Made by a program: the position numbers and the translations under genes
In this document: in pieces, positions 41,078-55,250 of the stretch
Layout of the letters: each line of letters starts with the position of its first letter
How positions within the stretch are numbered: the stretch's first letter is position 1
Notes under the pieces: model-generated
The model's database searches: none
What the model was told of the DNA's origin: nothing
What the model saw: only the letters and a program-made list of their open reading frames with translations
NCBI GenBank assembly: GCA_964016885.1
Contig: OZ024747.1
Location: forward strand, 1,178,001-1,242,000
Reading direction: 5' to 3'
From: Eledone cirrhosa
Taxonomy: Eukaryota
Length of the DNA stretch: 64,000 nt

Positions 41078-41452
41078 TCATCATCATCACCGTTTTACGT
41101 TCGTTCTTCCATGCTAGCATGGGTTAGATGGGTTGTCCTGTTGTGGGCAGTGTCTGGTCGGCTGACCATGCCTTGCTCATACAGGAACTGATTTTGACTT
41201 GATTTGTACAGCTGGATGCCCTTCCTAACACCAACCTCATTTACAGTGTGTGCTAGGTGCTTTTTTCCATTGCGCCTACACGCCCATTTTACAGTGTGGG
41301 CTGGGTGCTTTTTTGCCATGGCACCTCCACGACCACCTTGCAGTGGAAGGGTGTGGGGGCATGTTGTCTATATGCTTCAGCTTGTACCCATGGGAGGTCA
41401 GGTACTCTGTATTACTGCGTGACGCCAGAGGTCACGGTCGTGTGTCATCGCC
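41078..41452 (-). mobile_element. RTE-related 3' end fragment, tail-to-tail with the previous copy
   Basis: (CAT)n tail on the plus strand and the shared GCTGGATGCCCTTCCTAACACCAAC motif; bounded by (TA)n. Confidence 0.65.
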
Positions 41453-41488
41453 TATATATATATATATATATATACATATAAAAATATG

Positions 41489-41532
<44 letters not shown>

Positions 41533-41541
41533 TATACATAT

Positions 41542-41931
41542 ATGTGTCTGATGGTAGCTAAGATGCTTCCATAGGCGGTGTGCCGATTGAGCACTCTATG
41601 CTCTTACAGAGCAGAGTATGATAGAATAGAAAACGAAAAATCAGTGATGCATCTGAAGTCTATTGTGTGTTACAATTGTTTCCCCGGCGGACAGCTCGAG
41701 ACGCGATCATTGTATGGATCTGTCTGATTCAAGACCCGCAGGTTCGACGGACACGTCTAATGATTTCGGAGCATATTCTCTGAAATCATTAGACGTGTCC
41801 GTCGAACCTGTGGGTCCAGAATCAGACAGATCCACACAATGTCGCGTCTCGAGCTGTCCGCCGGGGAAACAATTGTAACACGCAATAAATTGAGTTCAGA
41901 TGCATCACTGATTTTTCGTTTTCTATTCTAT
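41542..41931 (-). mobile_element. Hairpin-plus-tail element copy 3 (~150-bp arms at 41621-41931, tail 41542-41620)
   Basis: Long near-perfect inverted repeat with a ~6-nt loop. Reverse-complemented tail CATACTCTGCT...GAGCATAGAGTGCTC resembles the tails of copies 1 and 2. Flanked by (TA)n. Confidence 0.75.
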
Positions 41932-42350
41932 ATATATATATATAGAGAGAGAGAGAACCCAGATTTGCAGTTTGTGTAGAAAGTTAGATGTGGATGACAC
42001 ATGTCAACTCACATATCTGAGATGTTGAAGAAGAGTCAGGCTTCAATCACCTTCATCACACCTGAGCTGATTAATATTGAAACAATTGTAATATGTAAAT
42101 AAAGTTTCTACACAAGCAGTACACCCTGTAAAGTGGTAGTCTGGTGACATGTTAAAATGTACCCAGTACACCCTGTAAAGTGGTAGTGCTGGTGCCATGT
42201 TAAAATGTACCCAGTACACCCTGTAAAGTGGTTGATGATAGGAAGAGCATACAACCATGGAGAAGTTGTATGATATATATTATAGTGTGGGTAAGGCAAA
42301 AGCAGTCTTATAAAGCTCCAGTTATACAACAATGTTGTCTCTGTACTTAC

Positions 42351-42561
42351 CAAACTCTCGTGGACATTTGCTACTGTCCTCATTTGGGTGACATCAGTTA
42401 TGATTTCTTGCTGTGGTATCAAAGAATCAGCTGTGGACAAATTGCTGATGAGAATCATAGCTTCTTTCAGGTTCAGTGCCCTCATTTCTTCTTCAGAGCA
42501 AGCTATAAGGTTCAACTCTTGCCCAGCCGTTGGCTGTAAGCTTCTCCAGCTTGGAAGGGAC
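42351..42561 (-). CDS. EXOC4: EXOC4 exon (SLPSWRSLQ...LIPQQEIITDVTQMRTVANVHESL)
   Basis: CAG and GTAAGT boundaries, phase 2 to 0. Matches EXOC4 SLPNW...LIP..I..DV.....AN.HESL. Confidence 0.95.
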
Positions 42562-44159
42562 CTGTATTATTTCAATAATTAATTAGTTTAATGTTAGCAA
42601 CAGAATCAATGAGTAAAAGTTATAAAGTTCCCAAATGTGAGCAAAAACACCTCTCTGTCACTATTATATTTTGACTAAGGACCACATTATGTAGCTGGTA
42701 TCTTGACCAATATAAACTTGGTCATTTCATCTGTTCTGTTAAATATGTCTTTGAGAAACAGGGATTATATAATCCTCAATAGGGATCACATGTGCCAGTC
42801 ATCATCATCATCACGCTAGCCTGGATAGGACAGTACGCTTCTATTTAGTCATTGAACAGAGTGTAATATAAGGTTATTTCAAAATGTCACCAAATTAATT
42901 CTAAGATAAGGGCCACAATAGCCAATAAGGGAGTTTTTATATAAGATATCACTTCTTGGAGTAGTCAAAGTACCAGCCAAATCTCACCTCAACAAATGCC
43001 ACCTTCATTCTAAAATGGAGCACAAGAGTCATGTAGAGAGCTTCTATTTAACCACTACCCATGCTGTTCACTGCACTCAACAGTTAACTATATCGACCCC
43101 AGTACTTATTTTATTGGCCTATATTGGTGCCTGAGTTTCCTCAATTCTTCTCCATTTTGAAATGTCATCTTGTAATTATATGAATTACTGTATATACTCA
43201 AAAATAAGCTGACTCCACTATTTTATGTCTGAGAAATGGACAAATAGCCAAACCTTATTTACATAACATTTGAAGTTGGTGAAAATCATCAAAATATTGA
43301 GCATGAAAATAAGCCAACCCCCTTCTATCATCGATTTTTGGTCACATATTCCTCAGCTTATATTTAGTATATACAGCATATAGTTACCTATGGGATTAAA
43401 TCTGAAAGAGCAGAAAGAACTGATTAAAAAGTATGAGGATGCATACTGTGTATTCAGATTAAACCTGGGACCATTTAGTTGCCTGTACAAGTAAAATTAT
43501 ATAAGATGCTATAGACCAAATAAATTAATAATATTCTATATAAAAATATATAGAATGAATATAAGATTTCAATCTTATTAACTTCGAATGACCAAGATAT
43601 TTAGCCATCAATAGAGACTTCCTTGATAAAAGACAAATATATGAAACATTGATTTGAATCTCTTCTATAATATATATCTAGACTTGCCACAACATTTAGT
43701 ATGTCATATTCAATAGCTGTGAATTCTAAATTGAAAGAGAAGTTTGTGGTCAACAATTGAAACTGGGTAAATGCCACACACTGTTAATTATTTCAAAAAA
43801 TATAATACTTTTGCCTTTCTATCTTAATTATGAAAGTAATCAATAGGAGAAGTTTTAGTGAAATAACTTTCAACATAATAATATAAGACACACATTGAAC
43901 TCCTGTCATCATCATCACTGTTTGATATCTTGTCCAACCCACATTAGCATGGGTTAGACAAGTCAGATCAGATGACCATGTCTTACTCATAAACAACTGT
44001 TTCTGGCTTGGTTTCTATGGCTGGATGAAGAAATATCAGTCAAAGGAGTGAATTTAAATTTGAACAAATTAATAGAGCTGGTTTCAGGTGGGTTGGGTAT
44101 GACTGAACTGGTGCTTAAATGGTTAATGTATGAAGTGAGATTTAAAAACAACAACTTAC

Positions 44160-44241
44160 CTCAGAAATCGACTGATGTCTTCATCTTTGGCCCACATAGC
44201 ACTAATGATGCGTTTCTCATCTGAATCATACTGAACAATAC
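44160..44241 (-). CDS. EXOC4: EXOC4 exon (IVQYDSDEKRIISAMWAKDEDISRFL)
   Basis: CAG and GTAAGT boundaries, phase 1 to 2. Contains the ISA.WAKD.DISR motif. Missed by the ORF track. Confidence 0.96.
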
Positions 44242-44370
44242 CTGTAAAGAGAGATGTAATAGGTTGGTATGATGGTACATAAGATGGACAACACTGGAGT
44301 TGTGTTTGTTTTGCCATAAATAAACTGTTTCATTTATAATCTAAAAGAAAACTGGCCAAATTCTACTTAC

Positions 44371-44509
44371 CACGGTAGGCTGAGTGACATGTGTCACGGT
44401 ACTCCTCAAGTATTTTACATATCATGTTAAGGAACTGTTCAGCATAGTCTGGTAAATCATGCATGAGAGCCTGCAGTTCCTGAATGTTACGGTCCACGGT
44501 CACTGTACT
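44371..44509 (-). CDS. EXOC4: EXOC4 exon ([46 protein letters not shown])
   Basis: CAG and GTAAGT boundaries, phase 0 to 1. Matches LMHDL..Y..QFLNM.C..L.EY.DTC..AYRG. Confidence 0.97.
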
Positions 44510-44536
44510 CTGTAATAGTGAAACATAATAGTAACA

Positions 44537-45290
44537 TGTTGGTGGTGGTGGTGGGGGGGGGGGGGGGGGGGGGGGGTAGTGGCGCTGGAAGAGGGGGTAG
44601 TGGTGGTAGTAGTGATGGTGGAGGTGGTGGTGGTAGTGGTGGTAGTAGTTGTGATGGTGGTGGTAGTGGTAGTGGTGGAGTGGTGGTAGTGGTGGCGGTG
44701 GTGGTGGTGGTGGTGGTGGTAGTGGTGGTAGTGGTGGTAGTGGTGGTAGTGGTGGTAGTGGTGGTGGTGTTGGTGGTGGTAGTGGTGGTGGTGGTAGTGG
44801 TGGTGGTGGTAGTGGTGGTGGTGGTGATGGTAGTGGTGGTGGTGGTAGTGGTGGTAGTGGTGGTGGTGGTGGTAGTGGTGTGGTGGTGGTGGTGGTGGTA
44901 GTGGTGGTGGTGGTAGTGGTGGTAGTGGTGGTGGTGGTGGTAGTGGTGGTGGTGGTAGTGGTGGTGGTGGCAGTGGTGGTGGTGGTAGTGGTGGTAGTGG
45001 TAGTGGTGGTAGTAGTGGTGGTGGTGGTAGTGGTGTTGGTGGTAGTGGTGTTGGTGGTGGTGGTGGTGGTGGTAGTGGTGGTGGTGGTAGTGGTGGTAGT
45101 GGTGAAAGTGGTGGTGGTGGTGTTGGTGGTAGTGGTGTTGGTGGTAGTGGTGGTAGTGGTGGTGGTAGAAGTGGTGGTGGTGTGGTGGTAGTGGTGTGGT
45201 GGTGGTAGTGGTGGTGGTAGTGGTGGTGGTGTGGTGGAAGTGGTGGAAGTGGTGGTGGTGTGGTGGTGGTGGTAGTGGTAGTGGTGGTGA
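44537..45290. repeat. (GGT/AGT)n tract with a ~24-nt G run, filling most of an intron
   Basis: Direct reading. Confidence 0.97.
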
Positions 45291-45371
45291 TATACTGAGT
45301 CAGATGTAGAGAAGGTGTTCACCACAGATGATAACTGACCACAAACACCAACATATAATAAAGTATAATAC

Positions 45372-45445
45372 CTGCAGAAGAGGCCGAGGTACAGCAAGTT
45401 CCTTCTGGGTTTTGTGGTCAATGACATTACGAAGGGCATCAAAAC
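45372..45445 (-). CDS. EXOC4: EXOC4 exon ([24 protein letters not shown]), the most 5' exon in the window
   Basis: CAG acceptor and GTATTA donor, phase 1 to 0. The RPLLQ|ST junction matches EXOC4. Confidence 0.93.
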
Positions 45446-46453
45446 CTGAATACAAAAGAATGACAGTCTTAAACATGAGAGACAGACACATATACATCAT
45501 ATATATTTATACACACACATCACATCCACACATTTACATATACATGCATACAGACAGGTACACACACATATATATATACACACACATAATACATCACATT
45601 TACCAAGCATAAGTGGAATAGTAGTTCCCATAACCGTCAGTTATAGATGCAAGACGTGAATTTAACCAACTGTAGTAACAAAAAAAGCACTAGTTAATTA
45701 TTTAACAAACTGTAACAAACATACCACTAGTTTATTATTTAACCAACTGTACTAAATCAACATAGCACTGGTTATTTAACCCATGGTAACCACACAAAGT
45801 CATTTGGTCCTAAGTACAGATTTGTGACAATGGCAGAGCCATTAGGATATCACAATACTTTACAGTATTCCAACTCTTTCCACTCTCAAGTCAAATGTTA
45901 CTGACAATTTTGTCTTTCATCATTTTAAGGTCAATAAAAAAAGTACCAGTCTTGTACTGAGGTTGAGACCTCTCTCTTTTACCTTCTCTGTCTTCATACT
46001 TAGAGAGTGATGGGCACCCGCAGGTCTGTACTGCCCAAGATACACAGCAGATGTCACACTGTGGTACCCTATCATTTCACCAGATGTTACAGGTCCATAC
46101 TACCCAAGACACACATCACAACACTGTGGTACCCTACCACTTCACAAGTCCATACTACCCAAGACACACATCATAACACTGTGGTACTCTACCACTTCAC
46201 AAGTCCATACATACAAGTACAGATTCAAGAGGAGATCATGACCAGATGAGGTCCACTGTTACAGAAAGTTAATACTTACAAATATTTACCATTTTAGTGA
46301 TGTTTAATTAGGTGGAATTATTAATTACCAAAAGTTAATTTAGAAATAATTGGTTTTGTTATTTCATTTATTTTGTTTACATGTTAATTCGTTGTTTAAC
46401 TTCTTGTAATACATATATCACACATTAATACACACTAGGTAAGTACAAGCATT

Positions 46454-46508
<55 letters not shown>

Positions 46509-46682
46509 CCTACTTATAAATATATATACATACTTATAAGTATGTATATATATTTATATGTATATATATATATATGTATGTATATATATATGTATGTAAT
46601 ATATACATACTTATATATATACATATATATTTTCGAATGAGACAGTTCTAGTCCTGTAGAAGCCATTTCTATATCAAATTTG

Positions 46683-46729
<47 letters not shown>

Positions 46730-46942
46730 AATACAAATATCCCAGAGGTTACACTCAGTTACTCGACGTTAGTAGTGGAACGAATAGTTCTACCAGAAAT
46801 TAGGAACCACAAGTTAATTAGACTAATTACTTTTCTGAAGCGTTGTTATAAAAGTGATTTAAAGCAACAAGACAGCAACAAAACGCAGAACAACTTAATT
46901 TGAAATAGTAATTAAATGGTGTCTGTATATGATAATAATGAA

Positions 46943-49900
46943 ATTGTTGGTGAACACAGTGTGAAGCTAATGTTGGTGGTGAACACAGTGTGAAGCTATT
47001 GTTGGTGGTGAACACAGTGTGAAGCTAATGTTGGTGGTGAACACAGTGTGAAGCTATTGTTGGTGGTGAACACAGTGTGAAGCTAATGTTGATGGTGAAC
47101 ACAGTGTGAAGCTATTGTTGGTGGTGAACACAGTGGGAAGCTATTATTGGTGGTGAACACGGTGGGAAGCTATTGTTGGTGGTGAACACAGTGGGAAGCT
47201 ATTGTTGGTGGTGAACACAGTGGGAAGCTATTGTTGGTGGTGAACACAGTGGGAAGCTATTATTGGTGGTGAACACAGTGGGAAGCTATTGTTGGTGGTG
47301 AACACAGTGTGAAGCTATTGTTGGTGGTGAACACAGTGGGAAGCTATTGTTGGTGGTGAACACAGTGGGAAGCTATTATTGGTGGTGAACACAGTGGGAA
47401 GCTATTGTTGGTGGTGAACACAGTGTGAAGCTATTGTTGGTGGTGAACACAGTGGGAAGCTATTGTTGGTGGGGAACACAGTGGGAAGCTATTGTTGGTG
47501 GGGAACACAGTGGGAAGCTATTATTGGTGGTGAACACAGTGGGAAGCTATTGTTGGTGGTGAACACAGTGTGAAGCTAATGTTGGTGGTGAACACAGTGT
47601 GAAGCTATTGTTGGTGGTGAACACAGTGTGAAGCTATTGTTGGGGGTGAACACAGTGTGAAGCTAATGTTGGGGGTGAACACAGTGGGAAGCTATTGTTG
47701 GTGGTGAACACAGTGTGAAGCTAATGTTGGGGGTGAACACAGTGTGAAGCTAATGTTGGGGGTGAACACAGTGGGAAGCTATTGTTGGTGGTGAACACAG
47801 TGGGAAGCTATTGTTGGTGGTGAACACAGTGTGAAGCTAATGTTGGGGGTGAACACAGTGTGAAGCTATTGTTGGTGGTGAACACAGTGTGAAGCTATTG
47901 TTGGTGGTGAATACAGTGGGAAGCTATTGTTGGGGGTAAACACAGTGTGAAGCTATTGTTGGGGGTGAACACAGTGTAAAGCTATTGTTGGTGGTGAACA
48001 CAGTGTGAAGCTATTGTTGGTGGTGAACACAGTGTAAAGCTATTGTTGGGGGTGAACACAGTGTGAAGCTATTGTTGGGGGTGAACACAGTGTGAAGCTA
48101 TTGTTGGTGGTGAACACAGTGTAAAGCTATTGTTGGTGGTGAACACAGTGTGAAGCTATTGTTGGTGGTGAACACAGTGTAAAGCTATTGTTGGTGGTGA
48201 ACACAGTGTAAAGCTATTGTTGGTGGTGAACACAGTGTGAAGCTATTGTTGGTGGTGAACACAGTGTGAAGCTATTGTTGATGGTGAACACAGTGGGAAG
48301 CTATTGTTGGTGGTGAACACAGTGTAAAGCTATTGTTGGGGGTGAACACAGTGGGAAGCTATTGTTGGGGGTGAACACAGTGTGAAGCTATTGTTGGTGG
48401 TGAACACAGTGTGAAGCTATTGTTGGTGGTGAACACAGTGTAAAGCTATTGTTGGTGGTGAACACAGTGTGAAGCTATTGTTGGTGGTGAACACAGTGTG
48501 AAGCTATTGTTGGTGGTGAACACAGTGGGAAGCTATTGTTTGTGGTGAACACAGTGTGAAGCTATTATTGGTGGTGAACACAGTGGGAAGCTATAGTTTG
48601 TGGTGAACACAGTGTGAAGCTATTGTTGGTGGCGAACACAGTGGGAAGCTAATGTTGGTGGTGAACACAGTGTGAAGCTATTGTTGGTGGTGAACACAGT
48701 GGGAAGCTATTGTTGGTGGTGAACACAGTGTGAAGCTATTGTTGGTGGTGAACACAGTGGGAAGCTATTGTTGGTGGTGAACACAGTGGGAAGCTATTGT
48801 TGGTGGTGAACACAGTGTGAAGCTATTGTTGGTGGTGAACACAGTGTGAAGCTATTGTTGGTGGTGAACACAGTGGGAAGCTATTGTTGGTGGTGAACAC
48901 AGTGGGAAGCTATTGTTGGTGGTGAACACAGTGGGAAGCTATTGTTGGGTGTGAACACAGTGGGAAGCTATTGTTGGTGGTGAACACAGTGGGAAGCTAT
49001 TGTTGGTGGTGAACACAGTGTGAAGCTAATGTTGGTGGTGAACACAGTGTGAAGCTATTGTTGGTGGTGAACACAGTGTGAAGCTAATGTTGGTGGTGAA
49101 CACAGTGTGAAGCTATTGTTGGGGGTGAACACAGTGTGAAGCTATTGTTGGTGGTGAACACAGTGTGAAGCTATTGTTGGTGGTGAACACAGTGTAAAGC
49201 TATTGTTGGGGGTGAACACAGTGTGAAGCTATTGTTGGGGGTGAACACAGTGTGAAGCTATTGTTGGGGGTGAACACAGTGTAAAGCTATTGTTGGTGGT
49301 GAACACAGTGTGAAGCTATTGTTGGTGGTGAACACAGTGTAAAGCTATTGTTGGTGGTGAACACAGTGTAAAGCTATTGTTGGTGGTGAACACAGTGTGA
49401 AGCTATTGTTGGTGGTGAACACAGTGTGAAGCTATTGTTGATGGTGAACACAGTGGGAAGCTATTGTTGGTGGTGAACACAGTGTAAAGCTATTGTTGGG
49501 GGTGAACACAGTGGGAAGCTATTGTTGGGGGTGAACACAGTGTGAAGCTATTGTTGGTGGTGAACACAGTGTGAAGCTATTGTTGGTGGTGAACACAGTG
49601 TAAAGCTATTGTTGGTGGTGAACACAGTGTGAAGCTATTGTTGGTGGTGAACACAGTGTGAAGCTATTGTTGGTGGTGAACACAGTGGGAAGCTATTGTT
49701 TGTGGTGAACACAGTGTGAAGCTATTATTGGTGGTGAACACAGTGGGAAGCTATAGTTTGTGGTGAACACAGTGTGAAGCTATTGTTGGTGGCGAACACA
49801 GTGGGAAGCTAATGTTGGTGGTGAACACAGTGTGAAGCTATTGTTGGTGGTGAACACAGTGGGAAGCTATTGTTGGTGGTGAACACAGTGTGAAGCTATT

Positions 49901-52900
49901 GTTGGTGGTGAACACAGTGGGAAGCTATTGTTGGTGGTGAACACAGTGGGAAGCTATTGTTGGTGGTGAACACAGTGTGAAGCTATTGTTGGTGGTGAAC
50001 ACAGTGTGAAGCTATTGTTGGTGGTGAACACAGTGGGAAGCTATTGTTGGTGGTGAACACAGTGGGAAGCTATTGTTGGTGGTGAACACAGTGGGAAGCT
50101 ATTGTTGGGTGTGAACACAGTGGGAAGCTATTGTTGGTGGTGAACACAGTGGGAAGCTATTGTTGGTGGTGAACACAGTGGGAAGCTATTGTTGGGGGTG
50201 AACACAGTGGGAAGCTATTGTTGGTGGTGAACACAGTGTGAAGCTAATGTTGGTGGTGAACACAGTGTGAAGCTATTGTTGGTGGTGAACACAGTGTGAA
50301 GCTATTGTTGGGGGTGAACACAGTGGGAAGCTATTGTTGGTGGTGAACACAGTGTGAAGCTATTGTTGGGGGTGAACACAGTGGGAAGCTATTGTTGGGG
50401 GTGAACACAGTGTAAAGCTATTGTTGGTGGTGAACACAGTGTGAAGCTAATGTTGGTGGTGAACACAGTGGGAAGCTATTGTTGGTGGTGAACACAGTGT
50501 GAAGCTATTGTTGGTGGTGAACACAGTGTGAAGCTATTGTTGGTGGTGAACACAGTGGGAAGCTATTGTTTGTGGTGAACACAGTGTGAAGCTATTATTG
50601 GTGGTGAACACAGTGGGAAGCTATAGTTTGTGGTGAACACAGTGTGAAGCTATTGTTGGTGGCGAACACAGTGGGAAGCTAATGTTGGTGGTGAACACAG
50701 TGTGAAGCTATTGTTGGTGGTGAACACAGTGGGAAGCTATTGTTGGTGGTGAACACAGTGTGAAGCTATTGTTGGTGGTGAACACAGTGGGAAGCTATTG
50801 TTGGTGGTGAACACAGTGGGAAGCTATTGTTGGTGGTGAACACAGTGTGAAGCTATTGTTGGTGGTGAACACAGTGTGAAGCTATTGTTGGTGGTGAACA
50901 CAGTGGGAAGCTATTGTTGGTGGTGAACACAGTGGGAAGCTATTGTTGGTGGTGAACACAGTGGGAAGCTATTGTTGGGTGTGAACACAGTGGGAAGCTA
51001 TTGTTGGTGGTGAACACAGTGGGAAGCTATTGTTGGTGGTGAACACAGTGGGAAGCTATTGTTGGGGGTGAACACAGTGGGAAGCTATTGTTGGTGGTGA
51101 ACACAGTGTGAAGCTAATGTTGGTGGTGAACACAGTGTGAAGCTATTGTTGGTGGTGAACACAGTGTGAAGCTATTGTTGGGGGTGAACACAGTGGGAAG
51201 CTATTGTTGGTGGTGAACACAGTGTGAAGCTATTGTTGGGGGTGAACACAGTGGGAAGCTATTGTTGGGGGTGAACACAGTGTAAAGCTATTGTTGGTGG
51301 TGAACACAGTGTGAAGCTAATGTTGGTGGTGAACACAGTGGGAAGCTAATGTTGGTGGTGAACACAGTGTAAAGCTATTGTTGGTGGTGAACACAGTGTG
51401 AAGCTATTGTTGGTGGTGAACACAGTGTGAAGCTATTGTTGGTGGTGAATACAGTGGGAAGCTATTGTTGGGGGTGAACACAGTGTGAAGCTATTGTTGG
51501 GGGTGAACACAGTGTAAAGCTATTGTTGGTGGTGAACACAGTGTAAAGCTATTGTTGGTGGTGAACACAGTGTGAAGCTATTGTTGGTGGTGAACACAGT
51601 GTGAAGCTATTGTTGGTGGTGAACACAGTGGGAAGCTATTGTTGGTGGTGAACACAGTGGGAAGCTATTGTTGGTGGTGAACACTGTGGGAAGCTATTAT
51701 TGGTGGTGAACACAGTGGGAAGCTATTGTTGGTGGTGAACACTGTGGGAAGCTATTATTGGTGGTGAACACAGTGGGAAGCTATTGTTGGTGGTGAACAC
51801 AGTGGGAAGCTATTGTTGGTGGTGAACACAGTGGGAAGCTATTGTTGGTGGTGAACACAGTGGGAAGCTATTGTTGGTGGTGAACACTGTGGGAAGCTAT
51901 TGTTGGTGGTGAACACTGTGGGAAGCTATTATTGGTGGTGAACACTGTGGGAAGCTATTATTGGGGGTGAACACAGTGGGAAGCTATTGTTGGTGGTGAA
52001 CACAGTGGGAAGCTATTGTTGGGGGGTAAACACAGTGGGAAGCTATTGTTGGGGGGTGAACACAGTGGGAAACTATTGTTGGTGATGAACACAGTGGGAA
52101 GCTATTGTTGGTGGTGAACACAGTGGGAAGCAATTGTTGGGGGTAAACACAGTGGGAAGCTATTATTCGTGGTGAACACAGTGGGAAGCTATTGTTGGTG
52201 GTGAACACAGTGGGAAGCTATTATTGGTGGTGAACACAGTGGGAAGCTATTGTTGGTGGTGAACACAGTGGGAAGCTATTGTTGGTGGTGAACACAGTGG
52301 GAAGCTATTGTTGGTGGTGAACACAGTGTAAAGCTATTGTTGGTGGTGAACACAGTGGGAAGCTATTGTTGGTGGTGAACACAGTGGGAAGCTATTGTTG
52401 GTGGTGAACACAGTGGGAAGCTATTCTTGGTGGTGAACACAGTGTGAAGCTATTGTTGGTGGTGAACACAGTGTGAAGCTATTGTTGGTGGTGAACACAG
52501 TGTGAAGCTATTGTTGGTGGTAAACACAGTGGGAAGCTATTGTTGGTGGTGAACACAGTGTAAAGCTATTGTTGGTGGTGAACACAGTGTGAAGCTATTG
52601 TTGGTGGTGAACACAGTGTGAAGCTATTGTTGGTGGTGAACACAGTGTGAAGCTATTGTAGGTGGTGAACACAGTGTGAAGCTATTGTTGGTGGTGAACA
52701 CAGTGTGAAGCTATTGTTGGTGGTGAACACAGTGTGAAGCTATTGTTGGTGTTGAACACAGTGTGAAGCTATTGTTGGTGGTGAACACAGTGGGAAGCTA
52801 TTGTTGGTGGTGAACACAGTGTAAAGCTATTGTTGGTGGTGAACACAGTGGGAAGCTATTGTTGGTGGTGAACACAGTGTGAAGCTATTGTTGGTGGTAA

Positions 52901-55250
52901 ACACAGTGTAAAGCTATTGTTGGTGGTGAACACAGTGGGAAGCTATTGTTGGTGGTGAACACAGTGTAAAGCTATTGTTGGTGGTGAACACAGTGGGAAG
53001 CTATTGTTGGTGGTGAACACAGTGTAAAGCTATTGTTGGTGGTGAACACAGTGGGAAGCTATTGTTGGTGGTGAACACAGTGTAAAGCTATTGTTGGTGG
53101 TGAACACAGTGGGAAGCTATTGTTGCTGGTGAACACAGTGTGAAGCTATTGTTGGTGGTGAACACAGTGTGAAGCTATTGTTGGTGGTGAACACAGTGTG
53201 AAGCTATTGTTGGTGGTGAACACAGTGTGAAGCTATTGTTGGTGGTGAACACAGTGGGAAGCTATTGTTTGTGGTGAACACAGTGTGAAGCTATTGTTGG
53301 TGGTGAACACAGTGTGAAGCTATTGTTGGTGGTGAACACAGTGGGAAGCTATTGTTGGTGGTGAACACAGTGTAAAGCTATTGTTGGTGGTGAACACAGT
53401 GGGAAGCTATTGTTGGTGGTGAACACAGTGTGAAGCTATTGTTGGTGGTGAACACAGTGGGAAGCTATTGTTGGTGGTGAACACAGTGTAAAGCTATTGT
53501 TGGTGGTGAACACAGTGGGAAGCTATTGTTGGTGGTGAACACAGTGTAAAGCTATTGTTGGTGGTGAACACAGTGGGAAGCTATTGTTGGTGGTGAACAC
53601 AGTGTAAAGCTATTGTTGGTGGTGAACACAGTGGGAAGCTATTGATGGTGGTGAACACAGTGGGAAGCTATTGTTGGTGGTGAACACAGTGTAAAGCTAT
53701 TGTTGGTGGTGAACACAGTGTGAAGCTATTGTTGGTGGTGAACACAGTGTGAAGCTATTGTTGGTGGTGAACACTGTGTGAAGCTATTGTTGGTGGTGAA
53801 CACAGTGTGAAGCTATTGTTGGTGGTGAACACAGTGGGAAGCTATTGTTGGTGGTGAACACAGTGTAAAGCTATTGTTGGTGGTGAACACAGTGGGAAGC
53901 TATTGTTGGTGGTGAACACAGTGTGAAGCTATTGTTGGTGGTGAACACAGTGTGAAGCTATTGTTGGTGGTGAACACAGTGTGAAGCTATTGTTGGTGGT
54001 GAACACAGTGGGAAGCTATTGTTGGTGGTGAACACAGTGTAAAGCTATTGTTGGTGGTGAACACAGTGGGAAGCTATTGTTGGTGGTGAACACAGTGTGA
54101 AGCTATTGTTGGTGGTGAACACAGTGTAAAGCTATTGTTGGTGGTGAACACAGTGTGAAGCTATTGTTGGTGGTGAACACAGTGTAAAGCTATTGTTGGG
54201 GGTGAACACAGTGTAAAGCTATTGTTGGGGGTGAACACAGTGGGAAGCTATTGTTGGTGGTCAACACAGTGTGAAGCTATTATTGGGGGGTGAACACAGT
54301 GTAAAGCTATTGTTGGTGGTGAACACAGTGGGAAGCTATTGTTGGTGGTGAACACAGTGTGAAGCTTTGCTAGTGGTGAACACAGTGTGAAGCAATTGTT
54401 GGGGTTGAACACAGTGGGAAGCTTTTGTAGGGGGTGAACACAGTGTCAAGCTATTGCTAGTGGTGAACACAGTGTAAAGCTATTGTTGGTGGTGAACACA
54501 GTGTGAAGCTATTGTTGGTGGTGAACACAGTGTAAAGCTATTGCTAGTGGTGAACACAGTGTAAAGCTATTGTTGGTGGTGAACACAGTGTGAAGCTATT
54601 GTTGGTGGTGAACACAGTGTAAAGCTATTGCTAGTGGTGAACACAGTGGGAAGCTATTGTTGGTGGTGAACACAGTGTGAAGCTATTGTTGGTGGTGAAC
54701 ACAGTGGGAAGCTATTGTTGGTGGTGAACACAGTGTAAAGCTATTGTTGGTGGTGAACACAGTGGGAAGCTATTGTTGGTGGTGAACACAGTGTAAAGCT
54801 ATTGTTGGTGGCGAACACAGTGTAAAGGTATTGTTGGTGGTGAACACAGTGGGAAGCTATTGTTGGTGGTGAACACAGTGTGAAGCTATTATTGGTGGTG
54901 AACACAGTGGGAAGCTATTGTTGGTGGTGAACACAGTGTAAAGCTGTTGTTGGTGGTGAACACAGTGTGAAGCTATTGTTGGTGGTGAACACAGTGTGAA
55001 GCTATTGTTGGTGGTGAACACAGTGGGAAGCTATTGTTGGTAGTGAACACAGTGTGAAGCTATTGTTGGTGGTGAACACAGTGTAAAGCTATTATTGGTG
55101 GTGAACACAGTGGGAAGCTATTGTTGGTGGTGAACACAGTGTGAAGCTATTGTTGGTGGTGAACACAGTGTGAAGCTATTGTTGGTGGTGAACACAGTGT
55201 AAAGCTATTGTTGGTGGTGACCACAGTGGGAAGCTATTGTTGGTGGTGAT
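46943..55250. repeat. 29-bp minisatellite GTGAACACAGTG(T/G)GAAGCTATTGTTGGTG, about 286 copies
   Basis: Direct reading; period 29 (e.g. 46981 to 47010). Confidence 0.99.

Noticed and set aside
42118-42235. Three short direct repeats (GTACACCCTGTAAAGTGG) as the origin of the 27-bp unit
   Set aside because: Similarity (AGTGCTGGTGCCAT versus AGTGTTGGTACCAT) is too short to support; likely a decayed SINE/LINE tail.
46741-46810. Possible fourth hairpin-element tail (reverse complement CTACT..CGAGT..TGAGT)
   Set aside because: Weak similarity and no adjacent palindrome.
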